Shown piece by piece: positions 34,560 to 42,956 of a DNA stretch of 64,000 nucleotides. Each line of letters opens with the position of its first letter. The first letter of the stretch is position 1. Position numbers and translations under genes: made by a program. The notes beneath the pieces are model-generated. The model had not been told where the DNA came from. It searched no databases and worked only from the letters and a program-made list of their open reading frames with translations. Origin of the DNA: Clostridia bacterium (GTDB lineage: Bacteria > Bacillota > Clostridia > Christensenellales > UBA1242); contig JAFVEA010000009.1 in the NCBI GenBank assembly GCA_017478185.1, forward strand, positions 261,264 to 325,263. Reading direction: 5' to 3'.

Positions 34560-34591
34560 TTGACACTAGGGGGGGGGGGTAATGGTATAAT
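34560..34591 (+). promoter_or_regulatory. promoter with an 11-G homopolymer in the spacer (TTGACA - 20 nt - TGgTATAAT)
   Basis: TTGACACTAG(11)TAATGGTATAAT. G-run at 34569-34579. Confidence 0.6.
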
Positions 34592-34655
34592 AAAAATGGC
34601 TGTTAAAAATGGGCTTAGCAGCAAAAAATAATAAAAAAGGAAAAAGGTGAAAAGA

Positions 34656-36194
34656 ATGAACAAAACAAAACATTTAAAAACATTGTTTTTGTCTGTTGTT
34701 TTTATGGTTGTAATATTTTTTTGTGGCTTTGTTTTTTCAGCTTGTGACAACAATCCAAAAGACGACACGCAAACAATAGATAACACACAACAAACAACAG
34801 ATGATGAGCAAACAAAAGACGACACACAAACAACAGATGATGAGCAAACAGTTTACACAATAACTTTTGAAACGGATTCTGGAAGCGCTTGTGAGCAATT
34901 AAGCGTAAATAGTGGCCAGTCTTTAAATGAAGCAAATTTAAGTTTGCAAACACCAGAAAAAACTGGTTACACTTTTGCTGGGTGGTTTGTTGATAGCGAA
35001 AAAACTCAAGAATTTAATTTAAACATAAAAATAACACAAAACCAAACACTTTATGCAAAGTGGGATGTTAATCAATATACAATAACTTACATTTCAAATA
35101 TTGCAGGCGAAGAATTTACTAACACAATAACTCAAGATTATGGAACAGTTATAGATATTCCCGATTCACCTAAAGAAGGTTATATGTTTGGGGGATGGTA
35201 TGCAGATAAAAGTTTTAAACTTAGTTTAGTAAACAAAACAATGCCAGCAGACAACCTAACACTTTATGCAAATTGGGTTGATGATAACTTAGATTACATA
35301 TACAAAGATGGTTATTATCGTTATTATGAGGTTAAAGTTAATGAAACGCATCAAAATTGCACATCAGTAACAATTCCGAGCACATATATGGGGTTTCCAA
35401 TAATAGCAATATGTGATGATGCATTTAAAGATTGTTCTAGTTTAACAAGTATAACAATTCCAGATAGTGTGAGAATGATTGGTGAATCTGCATTTTTGAA
35501 CTGTAGTTCTTTAACAAGTATAGTTATCCCAAGTGATGTAAGTAAGATATGTGATGCAACCTTTGCTTATTGTAACAGCTTGACAAGCATAACCATTCCA
35601 AATAGTGTTACTAGAATTGGAAATTATGCGTTTAATGATTGCAGGGGTTTAACAAATATAACAATTCCAAGTAGTGTAACAAGTATAGACAATGATGCGT
35701 TTAGTGGTTGTAGTGATTTGAAAAGTATAACTTTTGCCGAGGGTTCTAAGCTAACAACAATTGGTCAGAGAGCTTTTGAAGTTTGCACAAGTTTAACAAG
35801 TATAACAATTCCAACTAGTGTAACAACGATAGACCGGCTTGCATTTTATGGCAGTGGCTTAGAAAGCATAACTTTTGCCGAGGGTTCTAAACTAACAACA
35901 ATTGGTCAGAGCGCTTTTGAAGCTTGCACAAGTTTGACAAGCATAACCCTTCCAGCAAGTGTAACCAGTATAGGCGATAGAGCATTTTATAATTGCTCTA
36001 ATTTAGAAAAAGTTTATTACACTGGAACAGAAACTCAAAAAGCAAACATAAATATAGATGAGCGTAACACTCCTTTAACCAATGCCACATGGTATTACTT
36101 CACAGAAAATGGAGCAGATGAAACAGCAGCTGGAAATTGGTGGTATTATGACACCGATAACACAACAATTATAGAAAAAGTTGTTTCTGCTTAA
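34656..36194 (+). CDS. surface lipoprotein with T/D/Q-rich linker, Listeria-Bacteroides (Flg_new) repeats and BspA-type LRRs
   Basis: Lipobox VFSAC. YTITFETDSG...GYTFAGWF repeats, then LTSITIP-x-SV-x-x-I-x-x-x-AF LRR units. Confidence 0.8.
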   Translation: MNKTKHLKTLFLSVVFMVVIFFCGFVFSACDNNPKDDTQTIDNTQQTTDDEQTKDDTQTTDDEQTVYTITFETDSGSACEQLSVNSGQSLNEANLSLQTPEKTGYTFAGWFVDSEKTQEFNLNIKITQNQTLYAKWDVNQYTITYISNIAGEEFTNTITQDYGTVIDIPDSPKEGYMFGGWYADKSFKLSLVNKTMPADNLTLYANWVDDNLDYIYKDGYYRYYEVKVNETHQNCTSVTIPSTYMGFPIIAICDDAFKDCSSLTSITIPDSVRMIGESAFLNCSSLTSIVIPSDVSKICDATFAYCNSLTSITIPNSVTRIGNYAFNDCRGLTNITIPSSVTSIDNDAFSGCSDLKSITFAEGSKLTTIGQRAFEVCTSLTSITIPTSVTTIDRLAFYGSGLESITFAEGSKLTTIGQSAFEACTSLTSITLPASVTSIGDRAFYNCSNLEKVYYTGTETQKANINIDERNTPLTNATWYYFTENGADETAAGNWWYYDTDNTTIIEKVVSA

Positions 36195-36275
36195 AAAATG
36201 TTTTTAAAATGAAAAGGTTTATTGCAATTTAAATAACTTTATGATATACTCTAAAAGATAAAAGGGTGTTAGATT

Positions 36276-37553
36276 ATGTTATTTGAAGATATGAACTTAA
36301 ACGAAGAAATAAAAAAAGTTTTAAAACAAAAAAATTTTAAAGAAGCAACAGAAATTCAGCAAAAAGCAATTCCAATTATTCAGTCTGGAGGAGATGTTGT
36401 TGGGCTTTCGCAAACGGGGACTGGAAAAACTCTTGCTTTTGTTTTGCCGATGCTAGAAAAAATTGAAAAAGATAATTTTTCAGTTCAAGCCCTTATTTTG
36501 TGCCCAACAAGAGAACTGGCTGGACAAATAAAACAAGAGGTGAAAGAATATTCTCTTTATTTAAACTATGTTTCAGTTTTAGCCGTTTATGGTGGAGCAG
36601 ACATAAAACAGCAGATTTTTTCATTAAAAAGAAGACCAAAAATAATTGTTGGAACGCCAGGCAGGGTTTTAGACCACATAAAAAGGCATACATTAAAGCT
36701 TCAGAATGTTAAAATGCTTGTTTTGGATGAGGCTGATGAAATGTTTAATATGGGTTTTAGGAATGATATAATTAATATTATACAAAAAACGCCAGAAAAC
36801 AGGCAAACACTTTTGTTTAGCGCAACAATGAATGAAGAAGTGTTAAATATTTCAAAAGATTATATGCTCTCGCCTCAAATTATTCGTGTTGGCGGAGAAA
36901 ATAAGGCAATAGAAAGCGTTAAACAAACTTATTTTTTGGTTCCAAAAGATAAGAAAAAGAAAGCTCTTCATTCACTGTTAAAAGAGATTGAAAGAGGCAG
37001 AACATTAATTTTTTGCAACACAAAAAATATGGTTGGAGTGGTTCAATCTTATTTGGGAAAAATGGGCTATAGAGTGGCTGTTTTGCATGGAGATATGCCC
37101 CAATCACAACGCACAAACGTTATGAGGGAATATAAAAGTGGAAAAGTGGAAATTTTGATAACAACCGATGTTTCAGCAAGGGGAATTGATGTTAATGATG
37201 TTTTGCATGTTGTTAACTATGATTTGCCTCAAAACTTGGAATATTATATCCACAGAATAGGCCGAACAGGAAGAGCTGGAAAAACTGGCTATGCTTGGAC
37301 AATTTTAAATAGTGAAGACCAGCAAAAAAAGCTAAAGCAAATTGAAAAGCTAACAAAATCAAAAATAGAGTATCAAAGGCTACAACTTGCAAATATTGAT
37401 GAAATACAAGAAGAAAACAATTTTAAAGGGCAAGAAAAATCAAAAAGTGGCGCAAGAAAAGGCAAATTTAATAAAAAATTTTCAAAAAATTCAAACATCC
37501 AGAAAAAAGTGGATAACAAAAACGCAAAACCACGAAAAAGAATATATTTTTAA
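36276..37553 (+). CDS. DEAD-box ATP-dependent RNA helicase
   Basis: GLSQTGTGKT, DEAD (VLDEADEM), SAT, HRIGRTGRAG, and a basic C-terminal tail. Confidence 0.9.
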   Translation: MLFEDMNLNEEIKKVLKQKNFKEATEIQQKAIPIIQSGGDVVGLSQTGTGKTLAFVLPMLEKIEKDNFSVQALILCPTRELAGQIKQEVKEYSLYLNYVSVLAVYGGADIKQQIFSLKRRPKIIVGTPGRVLDHIKRHTLKLQNVKMLVLDEADEMFNMGFRNDIINIIQKTPENRQTLLFSATMNEEVLNISKDYMLSPQIIRVGGENKAIESVKQTYFLVPKDKKKKALHSLLKEIERGRTLIFCNTKNMVGVVQSYLGKMGYRVAVLHGDMPQSQRTNVMREYKSGKVEILITTDVSARGIDVNDVLHVVNYDLPQNLEYYIHRIGRTGRAGKTGYAWTILNSEDQQKKLKQIEKLTKSKIEYQRLQLANIDEIQEENNFKGQEKSKSGARKGKFNKKFSKNSNIQKKVDNKNAKPRKRIYF

Positions 37554-37572
37554 TAAATAAAATCACAAAAAA

Positions 37573-37601
37573 AGACGTAGCAAAAAGCTACGTCTTTTTT
37601 T
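37573..37601 (+). terminator. Rho-independent terminator
   Basis: AGACGTAGC-AAAAA-GCTACGTCT followed by a T-run. Confidence 0.75.
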
Positions 37602-37729
37602 ACTGGTGTTATTTTTAGCGGAAATGTTTGTTGTTTTTGGTAGCAAAGTTATTTTTGTTCATTCTTAAGGAAGCAAGAGGCTTGTTCACCTCACACCATA
37701 CCAAGAGAAAAGATTTGTTTTTATCTTTA

Positions 37730-38060
37730 TCATTCTGAGGAGGCACGATGTGCCGACGTGAGAATCTCTTGCCGTGCGCGAGAGTCTCAAGTTTTTTATG
37801 CAAAGAGATTGCCACAGCCCTAAAGGGCTTCGCAAAGACAAAGAGAAAGCGCCAAACAGTTGAGATTGCCACGCAAGGTAAAACCTTGCTCGCAATGCCT
37901 TGAGGCGAAAGCCGAAAGCTTGGCGCTGAACCTCTCACTTTGAGCCACTTTTTTAAGCGCCAAACAGAGAATAAACCGAAGCCCTCCCAAAAACAGGCAA
38001 AGTGTCATTCTGAGCAAAACTTGTTTTGCGTGAGAATCTCTTACAGTGCGCGAGAATCAC
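37730..38060. repeat. dispersed composite palindromic repeat, copy R2 (largest)
   Basis: Two CATTCTGAG-hairpin-CGTGAGAATCTC units, two AGAGATTGCCAC-hairpin-TCGCAA(T/A)G units, and AATGCCTTGAGGCGAAAGCCGAAAG. Confidence 0.75.
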
Positions 38061-38136
38061 ATTTTTTCTGCTATCGTTTTTTATTTCATCCCCAAAAAAC
38101 TTAATAAAAAAATTTTAGAAAAGTGCTTAAAATTAT

Positions 38137-38167
38137 TTGACTAGGGGGGGGGGTATTATGTTAAAAT
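38137..38167 (+). promoter_or_regulatory. promoter with a 10-G homopolymer in the spacer (TTGACT - 19 nt - TGtTAAAAT)
   Basis: TTGACTAG(10)TATTATGTTAAAAT. G-run at 38144-38153. Confidence 0.55.
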
Positions 38168-38216
38168 AAACACGAAAGTATGAAATTGGTCATACATAAG
38201 AACGGGGGGAAATTTT

Positions 38217-39113
38217 ATGACAAAATTAAAATCTTTAAATTATTTGTGGCTTTTATTAATTATTCCAATTATGTTTTTGTTTGTTGGTTGTGGCACAGAC
38301 AACAGCAAATCACAGCTAAACCAAACAGCAACTTGCCAAACTCAAACTGAAAGTGCCTACACATCCGAAGGCGCAGGCGAGGCTTACACCGCAAAAGTAA
38401 CAACAGATGAAACAAGCGGAGAAGTTTCAAACAACTTTTCAAAAGGCTATCGCATGACAATGAAAATGAATATGCTTGGCAGTATTGAAATGAATGCTAT
38501 TTTTGTTGATAACAATATGGCAATAAAAATGAAAATGGATATGGATTTAAGTGCTTTTGGTGATTTAACATCAGATGAGGCAAGTGCTGAAGATACATCA
38601 GCAGAAATATATATGTGGAAAAAAGATAACACATTATATATGAGTTCTGAAGGAAAGGATGAAAAAGGAAACACTCAAAAAACTTCTGTAAAATACACTA
38701 TGACAGCAGAACAATTGGAAGGATTTTTAAAATCTTCTAAAGTTCGAGCTTATTCAGTTGCAGATGTTTTAGATTGTGTAAAAAACATAGATAATGAAAA
38801 TATCACAATAAAAGTAGCTGGAGAAAATAGCTTTAAAATAGAGTTTAGGGGTTTGGGTTTAGATGCATTTGATTTATTTGATCCAATGGAACAAGCGGCT
38901 GTGCCAATGGATGCTGAGCAAACTTTTGCTGCAGATATTTATGTTAACTTTAACTCAAACAAAACAATAAACTCAATAAAAGCGGTTTATAATATGACTA
39001 GTGGAGAAACAACAACAACCGTGTTTGAACTTACAATGAGTGAATATAATGGTTCAATCACATTCCCAAAAGATTCAGACTTTAGCGCAGCTGATCCTAA
39101 CACTTTGGCTTAA
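38217..39113 (+). CDS. lipoprotein, function unknown
   Basis: Signal peptide plus lipobox LFVGC. Confidence 0.75.
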   Translation: MTKLKSLNYLWLLLIIPIMFLFVGCGTDNSKSQLNQTATCQTQTESAYTSEGAGEAYTAKVTTDETSGEVSNNFSKGYRMTMKMNMLGSIEMNAIFVDNNMAIKMKMDMDLSAFGDLTSDEASAEDTSAEIYMWKKDNTLYMSSEGKDEKGNTQKTSVKYTMTAEQLEGFLKSSKVRAYSVADVLDCVKNIDNENITIKVAGENSFKIEFRGLGLDAFDLFDPMEQAAVPMDAEQTFAADIYVNFNSNKTINSIKAVYNMTSGETTTTVFELTMSEYNGSITFPKDSDFSAADPNTLA

Positions 39114-39135
39114 ACATAAAAAATAATTGGAAAAA

Positions 39136-39170
39136 CAAAAAATAGATGTAATTTTACATCTATTTTTTGT
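39136..39170. terminator. bidirectional terminator
   Basis: AATAGATGTA-ATTT-TACATCTATT flanked by A- and T-runs. Confidence 0.6.
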
Positions 39171-39648
39171 TTTTAGCAAGAAGGATTGTTCTTAAAACAA
39201 AGCTTATAACAATTGAAATTAAATATAAAACAAGCCAAAAACTGCTCCAAACGCTGGAATCATTTAGAATAGAAAATCCATTTGCAATTATTGAATAAAA
39301 AATAAAAACAAACAACAAAATTGCCAAACAACTAAAAACATATCTAGTGATTCTAAAAGCGTATTTATTTCCGTTTTTTATTTCATAAAGCGTAAAAGTT
39401 AAATCCAAAACACCAACAACAAACAAAACAGCAACAATAAAATAAATCACCCACAGCCCACCAAAAATTTTAACGAACACAGGAACAATCATTAAAATTG
39501 GTGCGGAAAAAATGTTTAGAAGATAGGCTATAAAACCGCCCGTAAAAAGTTTTGTGCACATTTGCCCCAAAAAAACAGATAATGCGCTTAAAATTGTTAA
39601 AATAGACAAAACTATTGCAAACACATTTGAAACATATTCTTTTTTCAT
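39160..39648 (-). CDS. membrane protein (about 5 TM)
   Basis: Start moved to MKKEY behind AAGGAGCA. Mostly hydrophobic helices. Confidence 0.6.
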   Translation of the reverse strand: MKKEYVSNVFAIVLSILTILSALSVFLGQMCTKLFTGGFIAYLLNIFSAPILMIVPVFVKIFGGLWVIYFIVAVLFVVGVLDLTFTLYEIKNGNKYAFRITRYVFSCLAILLFVFIFYSIIANGFSILNDSSVWSSFWLVLYLISIVISFVLRTILLAKNKK

Positions 39649-39774
39649 TTTTTGCTCCTTATTATTTTGTAAGTATAACATATAACACAAAATATGACAA
39701 ATCAAAAAGTGTAAAACTTTTTAAAATATTGCTTGATTTTTAAAACATTTTGTTTTATAATGTATACTAGGTTT

Positions 39775-39857
39775 GCGGATGTGGCGAAATTGGTAGACGC
39801 GCTAGACTTAGGATCTAGTGGGAGACCATGGGGGTTCGAGTCCCTTCATCCGCACCA
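39775..39857 (+). tRNA. tRNA-Leu (anticodon TAG)
   Basis: Class II tRNA, anticodon arm CTAGA-CTTAGGA-TCTAG, CCA encoded. Confidence 0.85.
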
Positions 39858-40078
39858 GAAGTAGATAAAATCGAACAAAAAAAGTTCGATTTTTTGTTTA
39901 AAAAATAACGAGTGAGGGACTCGAACGGGCACGAAAGAAAAGTTGCCAGTGGCAAGTTTTCAGTGCCCCGGCCTGAAAGCGAAGTAAAGAGGAAAAAGAA
40001 ATCAAAAAGAATAGATAGAGCATAAAGGCAAAACAACTCAAAAAGCTCATAGCGGTGGGAGCCCTTCATCCGCACCAG
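39841..40078 (+). repeat. 18-nt direct repeat of the tRNA-Leu 3' end flanking a ~200-bp insert
   Basis: CCCTTCATCCGCACCAG at 39842-39858 and 40062-40078. Confidence 0.7.
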
Positions 40079-40427
40079 TAAAAGACTAAATTAAGCATAA
40101 AAGCAAAAAGTGTTTGATTTAGTTTTTTTATATAAAAGGCTTATTCATTGAGTTAATTGTTGATTTCTTTTTGAAAATAGTATATAATATTTATACAATA
40201 GTTTTAAAAAAGTTTTTTATAATAGCAAAAAATATAAAAAAAGAATAAAAGCACCCAAAAAGAAAGAATTGTGTTTGTAAATAATCCTAAATTTGCTGCT
40301 GCTTTTTAAAAAGACTTGTTAAAAGACAAAAAATGTTTAAAAAACTTGCAAAATAAAAAAATTTTTGATAAAAAAAGCAAAACTATTTAATTTTGATAAA
40401 AGTTTATAAAAAAAGGAGAATTATTAT

Positions 40428-41270
40428 ATGAAAAATATTAAATTAAACAATGGAGTTGAAATACCCTCAGTTGGTATTGGAACATTCACAATGAGCCCAG
40501 AAGATGCTGAAGATGCTGTTTATAATGCTCTTAAAAACGGATATAGACTAATTGACACTGCAAATGCTTATGTTAATGAAAGAGCTGTTGGCAGGGCTAT
40601 AAAAAGAAGTAAGGTTCAAAGAGAAAAAATTTTTGTAAGTAGCAAACTTTGGCCTACTGAATACACAAATCCAAATGCGGTTGATGAAACGCTTGAAAGA
40701 CTTGGCCTTGATTATATTGATATGCTCTTTTTGCATCAACCAGCTGGAGATTGGAAAGCTGGATACAAACAATTAGAAAAAGCATATAAGCAAGGAAAAA
40801 TTAAATCTATTGCAATTTCTAATTTTGAAGGAAAGTATATTGATGAACTTTTGAAAATTTGTGAAATCGTGCCACAATGTATTCAAGTTGAATGCCATCC
40901 ATATTTTCCACAAACTGAACTTAGAAAAGTTACAGAGCCAAAAGATATAAAAATTATGGCTTGGTATCCACTTGGACACGGTGATAAATCGCTTATGAAA
41001 GAGCCAATCTTTATTCAGCTTGCAGAAAAATATGGCAAGAGTTCTGCTCAAATAATCTTGAAATGGCACACTCAAATGGGATTTATAGTTATTCCAGGAG
41101 CAAGAAGTGAAGAGCACATAAAACAAAACATTGACCTATTTGATTTTGAACTTACAAAAGATGAGATGCAAGAAATTGCAAAACTTAACAAAAACACAAG
41201 ATATTATAATGGTGGAGAAAAAGAACTTTTGCAATATGCTATGTGGCAACCAACTTATGAAACAAAATAA
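40428..41270 (+). CDS. aldo/keto reductase
   Basis: GIGTF, LIDTANAY, FLHQP and IPGARSEEHIKQN motifs. Confidence 0.85.
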   Translation: MKNIKLNNGVEIPSVGIGTFTMSPEDAEDAVYNALKNGYRLIDTANAYVNERAVGRAIKRSKVQREKIFVSSKLWPTEYTNPNAVDETLERLGLDYIDMLFLHQPAGDWKAGYKQLEKAYKQGKIKSIAISNFEGKYIDELLKICEIVPQCIQVECHPYFPQTELRKVTEPKDIKIMAWYPLGHGDKSLMKEPIFIQLAEKYGKSSAQIILKWHTQMGFIVIPGARSEEHIKQNIDLFDFELTKDEMQEIAKLNKNTRYYNGGEKELLQYAMWQPTYETK

Positions 41271-41599
41271 CCAAAAGAGACGCATTTAGAAGTAAGTCAC
41301 TTTAATATTTATGACCTAACTCCATCTGTTGGCTAATCATTTGAATATGTTGTTCCATTCTTTAAAAAAACTTATAAAATAAAGAGAAAATATGATTTAG
41401 TGGAATTAATAAGTTATATTAATTGATGAAATTTATGCAATTTAGATAAAAATATAAATATAAAAAAAGACGCAAAAGAGCATATTAACAAAAATGTGAT
41501 TAATTTGTGTGAGAATTGTAATAATATTGTGCTTAGTGAAGATGAATATTGTCCATATTGCGACAAAAAGTTAAAATAAAAATATAAATAAAATTTTAC

Positions 41600-41634
41600 A
41601 AAAAAAGCTTAAACATATTGTTTAAGCTTTTTTC
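41600..41634. terminator. terminator downstream of the tRNA cluster
   Basis: AGCTTAAAC-ATATT-GTTTAAGCT with flanking A/T runs. Confidence 0.6.
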
Positions 41635-41635
41635 T

Positions 41636-41711
41636 TGGTGACCCACGCGCGGATCGAACGCGCGACAACTTGATTAAAAGTCAAGTGCTCTACCTACTGA
41701 GCTAGTGGGTC
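41636..41711 (-). tRNA. tRNA-Lys (anticodon TTT)
   Basis: Anticodon arm CTTGA-CTTTTAA-TCAAG, CCA encoded. Confidence 0.85.
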
Positions 41712-41770
41712 ATATGGCGTTTGGAAATTTTTCCATAACGCATTTAATTAATCTTTTTTATAAAAGATGT

Positions 41771-41845
41771 TGGCAGGGGTGGCTGGATTTGAACCAACGC
41801 ATGCAAGAGTCAAAGTCTTGTGCCTTACCGCTTGGCTACACCCCT
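41771..41845 (-). tRNA. tRNA-Gln (anticodon TTG)
   Basis: Anticodon arm CAAGA-CTTTGAC-TCTTG, CCA encoded. Confidence 0.85.
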
Positions 41846-42001
41846 AAGATGAAGCACAGTTTAAAGACTTGAGTTCGTGGTCTCTTGCAATGCGTTAGTG
41901 CATGCAAGGAATCTTTTTTTGCTACGCTCAAAAAGATGTAAATTTTTTGATTAGTCAACCAAATCTGCGAGCGCATTTGTTTCCTAATCTCTAAATTTGG
42001 G

Positions 42002-42037
42002 CAAAGTCTTGTGCTTATGCCGCTTGGCTACACCCCT
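42002..42037 (-). pseudogene. truncated 5' half of tRNA-Gln(TTG)
   Basis: CAAAGTCTTGTGCTTATGCCGCTTGGCTACACCCCT versus CAAAGTCTTGTGCCTTACCGCTTGGCTACACCCCT in the intact gene. Similarity starts in the anticodon loop. Confidence 0.7.
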
Positions 42038-42074
42038 AAATCAGTATAGTTTTCAGACTTTACTGTCGGTCATA

Positions 42075-42149
42075 TGGCAGGGGTGGAAGGATTTGAACCC
42101 TCGAATGCTTGAGTCAGAGTCAAGTGCCTTACCGCTTGGCGACGCCCCT
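42075..42149 (-). tRNA. tRNA-Gln (anticodon CTG)
   Basis: Anticodon arm CTTGA-CTCTGAC-TCAAG. Confidence 0.85.
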
Positions 42150-42153
42150 TTGG

Positions 42154-42230
42154 TGGGGTGAAAGGTGGGACTCGAACCCACGACCTCCTGGGCCACAACC
42201 AGGCGCTCTACCAGCTAAGCTACATCCACC
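42154..42230 (-). tRNA. tRNA-His (anticodon GTG) with encoded G-1
   Basis: Anticodon arm CCTGG-TTGTGGC-CCAGG. An extra 5' G pairs with discriminator C. Confidence 0.85.
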
Positions 42231-42251
42231 ATAAGTGGGGCCTACCCCTAT

Positions 42252-42328
42252 TGGTGCGCCTGGAGGGACTCGAACCCCCGACCTACGCCTTAGAAGGGCG
42301 TTGCTCTATCCAGTTGAGCTACAGGCGC
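42252..42328 (-). tRNA. tRNA-Arg (anticodon TCT)
   Basis: Anticodon arm ACGCC-CTTCTAA-GGCGT. Confidence 0.85.
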
Positions 42329-42367
42329 AAATGTGGGAGATTGATTTTTCTATATTCTGCAATATAG

Positions 42368-42441
<74 letters not shown>

Positions 42442-42499
42442 ATATTTTTTATAGATACTAATAAAGTTTATCATATTGTGAAGGGGTTGTCAAGTGTAA

Positions 42500-42847
42500 A
42501 AACAAAAATTTTATAAAATAAAAATTTTTTTCAATAGCCGTTGGCATTGAGCGCTATTAGCGCTGTTTTTACACTTGGCTACTTTGCAACGCTTAAAAAA
42601 ATGTAAACGCTTTTTTAAGCTTATGCTTGTAGTGCAAGGGAAGGTTTTTGGGGATGGAATAAGTTTTGGAACCTTTTATAGGGGTTAAATGAATTAAGAG
42701 CTAACAAAAATTTTATAAAATAAAAATTTTTTTCAATAACCAGTGGCATAGCACTAAGCTTTCGGCTGTCGCCTCAAGCTATTACGAGGAGCTTTAGGGC
42801 TGATGCAATCTCTATTTGATTTGTTTCATACAATTTATAACACCACC
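42500..42847. repeat. tandem ~200-bp duplication containing palindromic-repeat modules, copy R3
   Basis: ACAAAAATTTTATAAAATAAAAATTTTTTTCAATA at 42502 and 42704. Ends with GCAATCTCTA...TTTCATACAATTTATAACACCACC. Confidence 0.7.
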
Positions 42848-42956
42848 TTAAAACAAATAGGTTAGCAAAAATTTTATAAAATTTATTCAAATTGTTGTAA
42901 ATTTTGTTTTTATATGCTATTCTAATTCTAGAAATATTTTTTTGTTTGGAGGATTT

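Noticed and set aside
34569-34579. Poly-G tracts (also 38144-38153) considered as sequencing or assembly artefacts
   Set aside because: This cannot be excluded without reads. However, both tracts sit in the same position of two similar consensus promoters upstream of lipoprotein genes, which an artefact would not explain. They are kept as findings, and read-level verification is requested.
37615-38017. Three overlapping listed ORFs (107, 69 and 65 aa)
   Set aside because: They lie entirely inside repeat copy R2. Their peptides (VAIS, RLSPQGIASK and similar) are the usual translation artefacts of these palindromic repeats.
39815-40075. Listed 86-aa minus-strand ORF
   Set aside because: It overlaps tRNA-Leu(UAG) and the repeat-flanked insert.
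41497-41577. Possible 27-codon zinc-ribbon mini-ORF (..LCENCNNIVLSEDEYCPYCDKKLK)
   Set aside because: It has only a GTG start with no SD. It may be a gene remnant, and the evidence is insufficient.
42158-42367. Listed 69-aa ORF
   Set aside because: It reads antisense across tRNA-His and tRNA-Arg.
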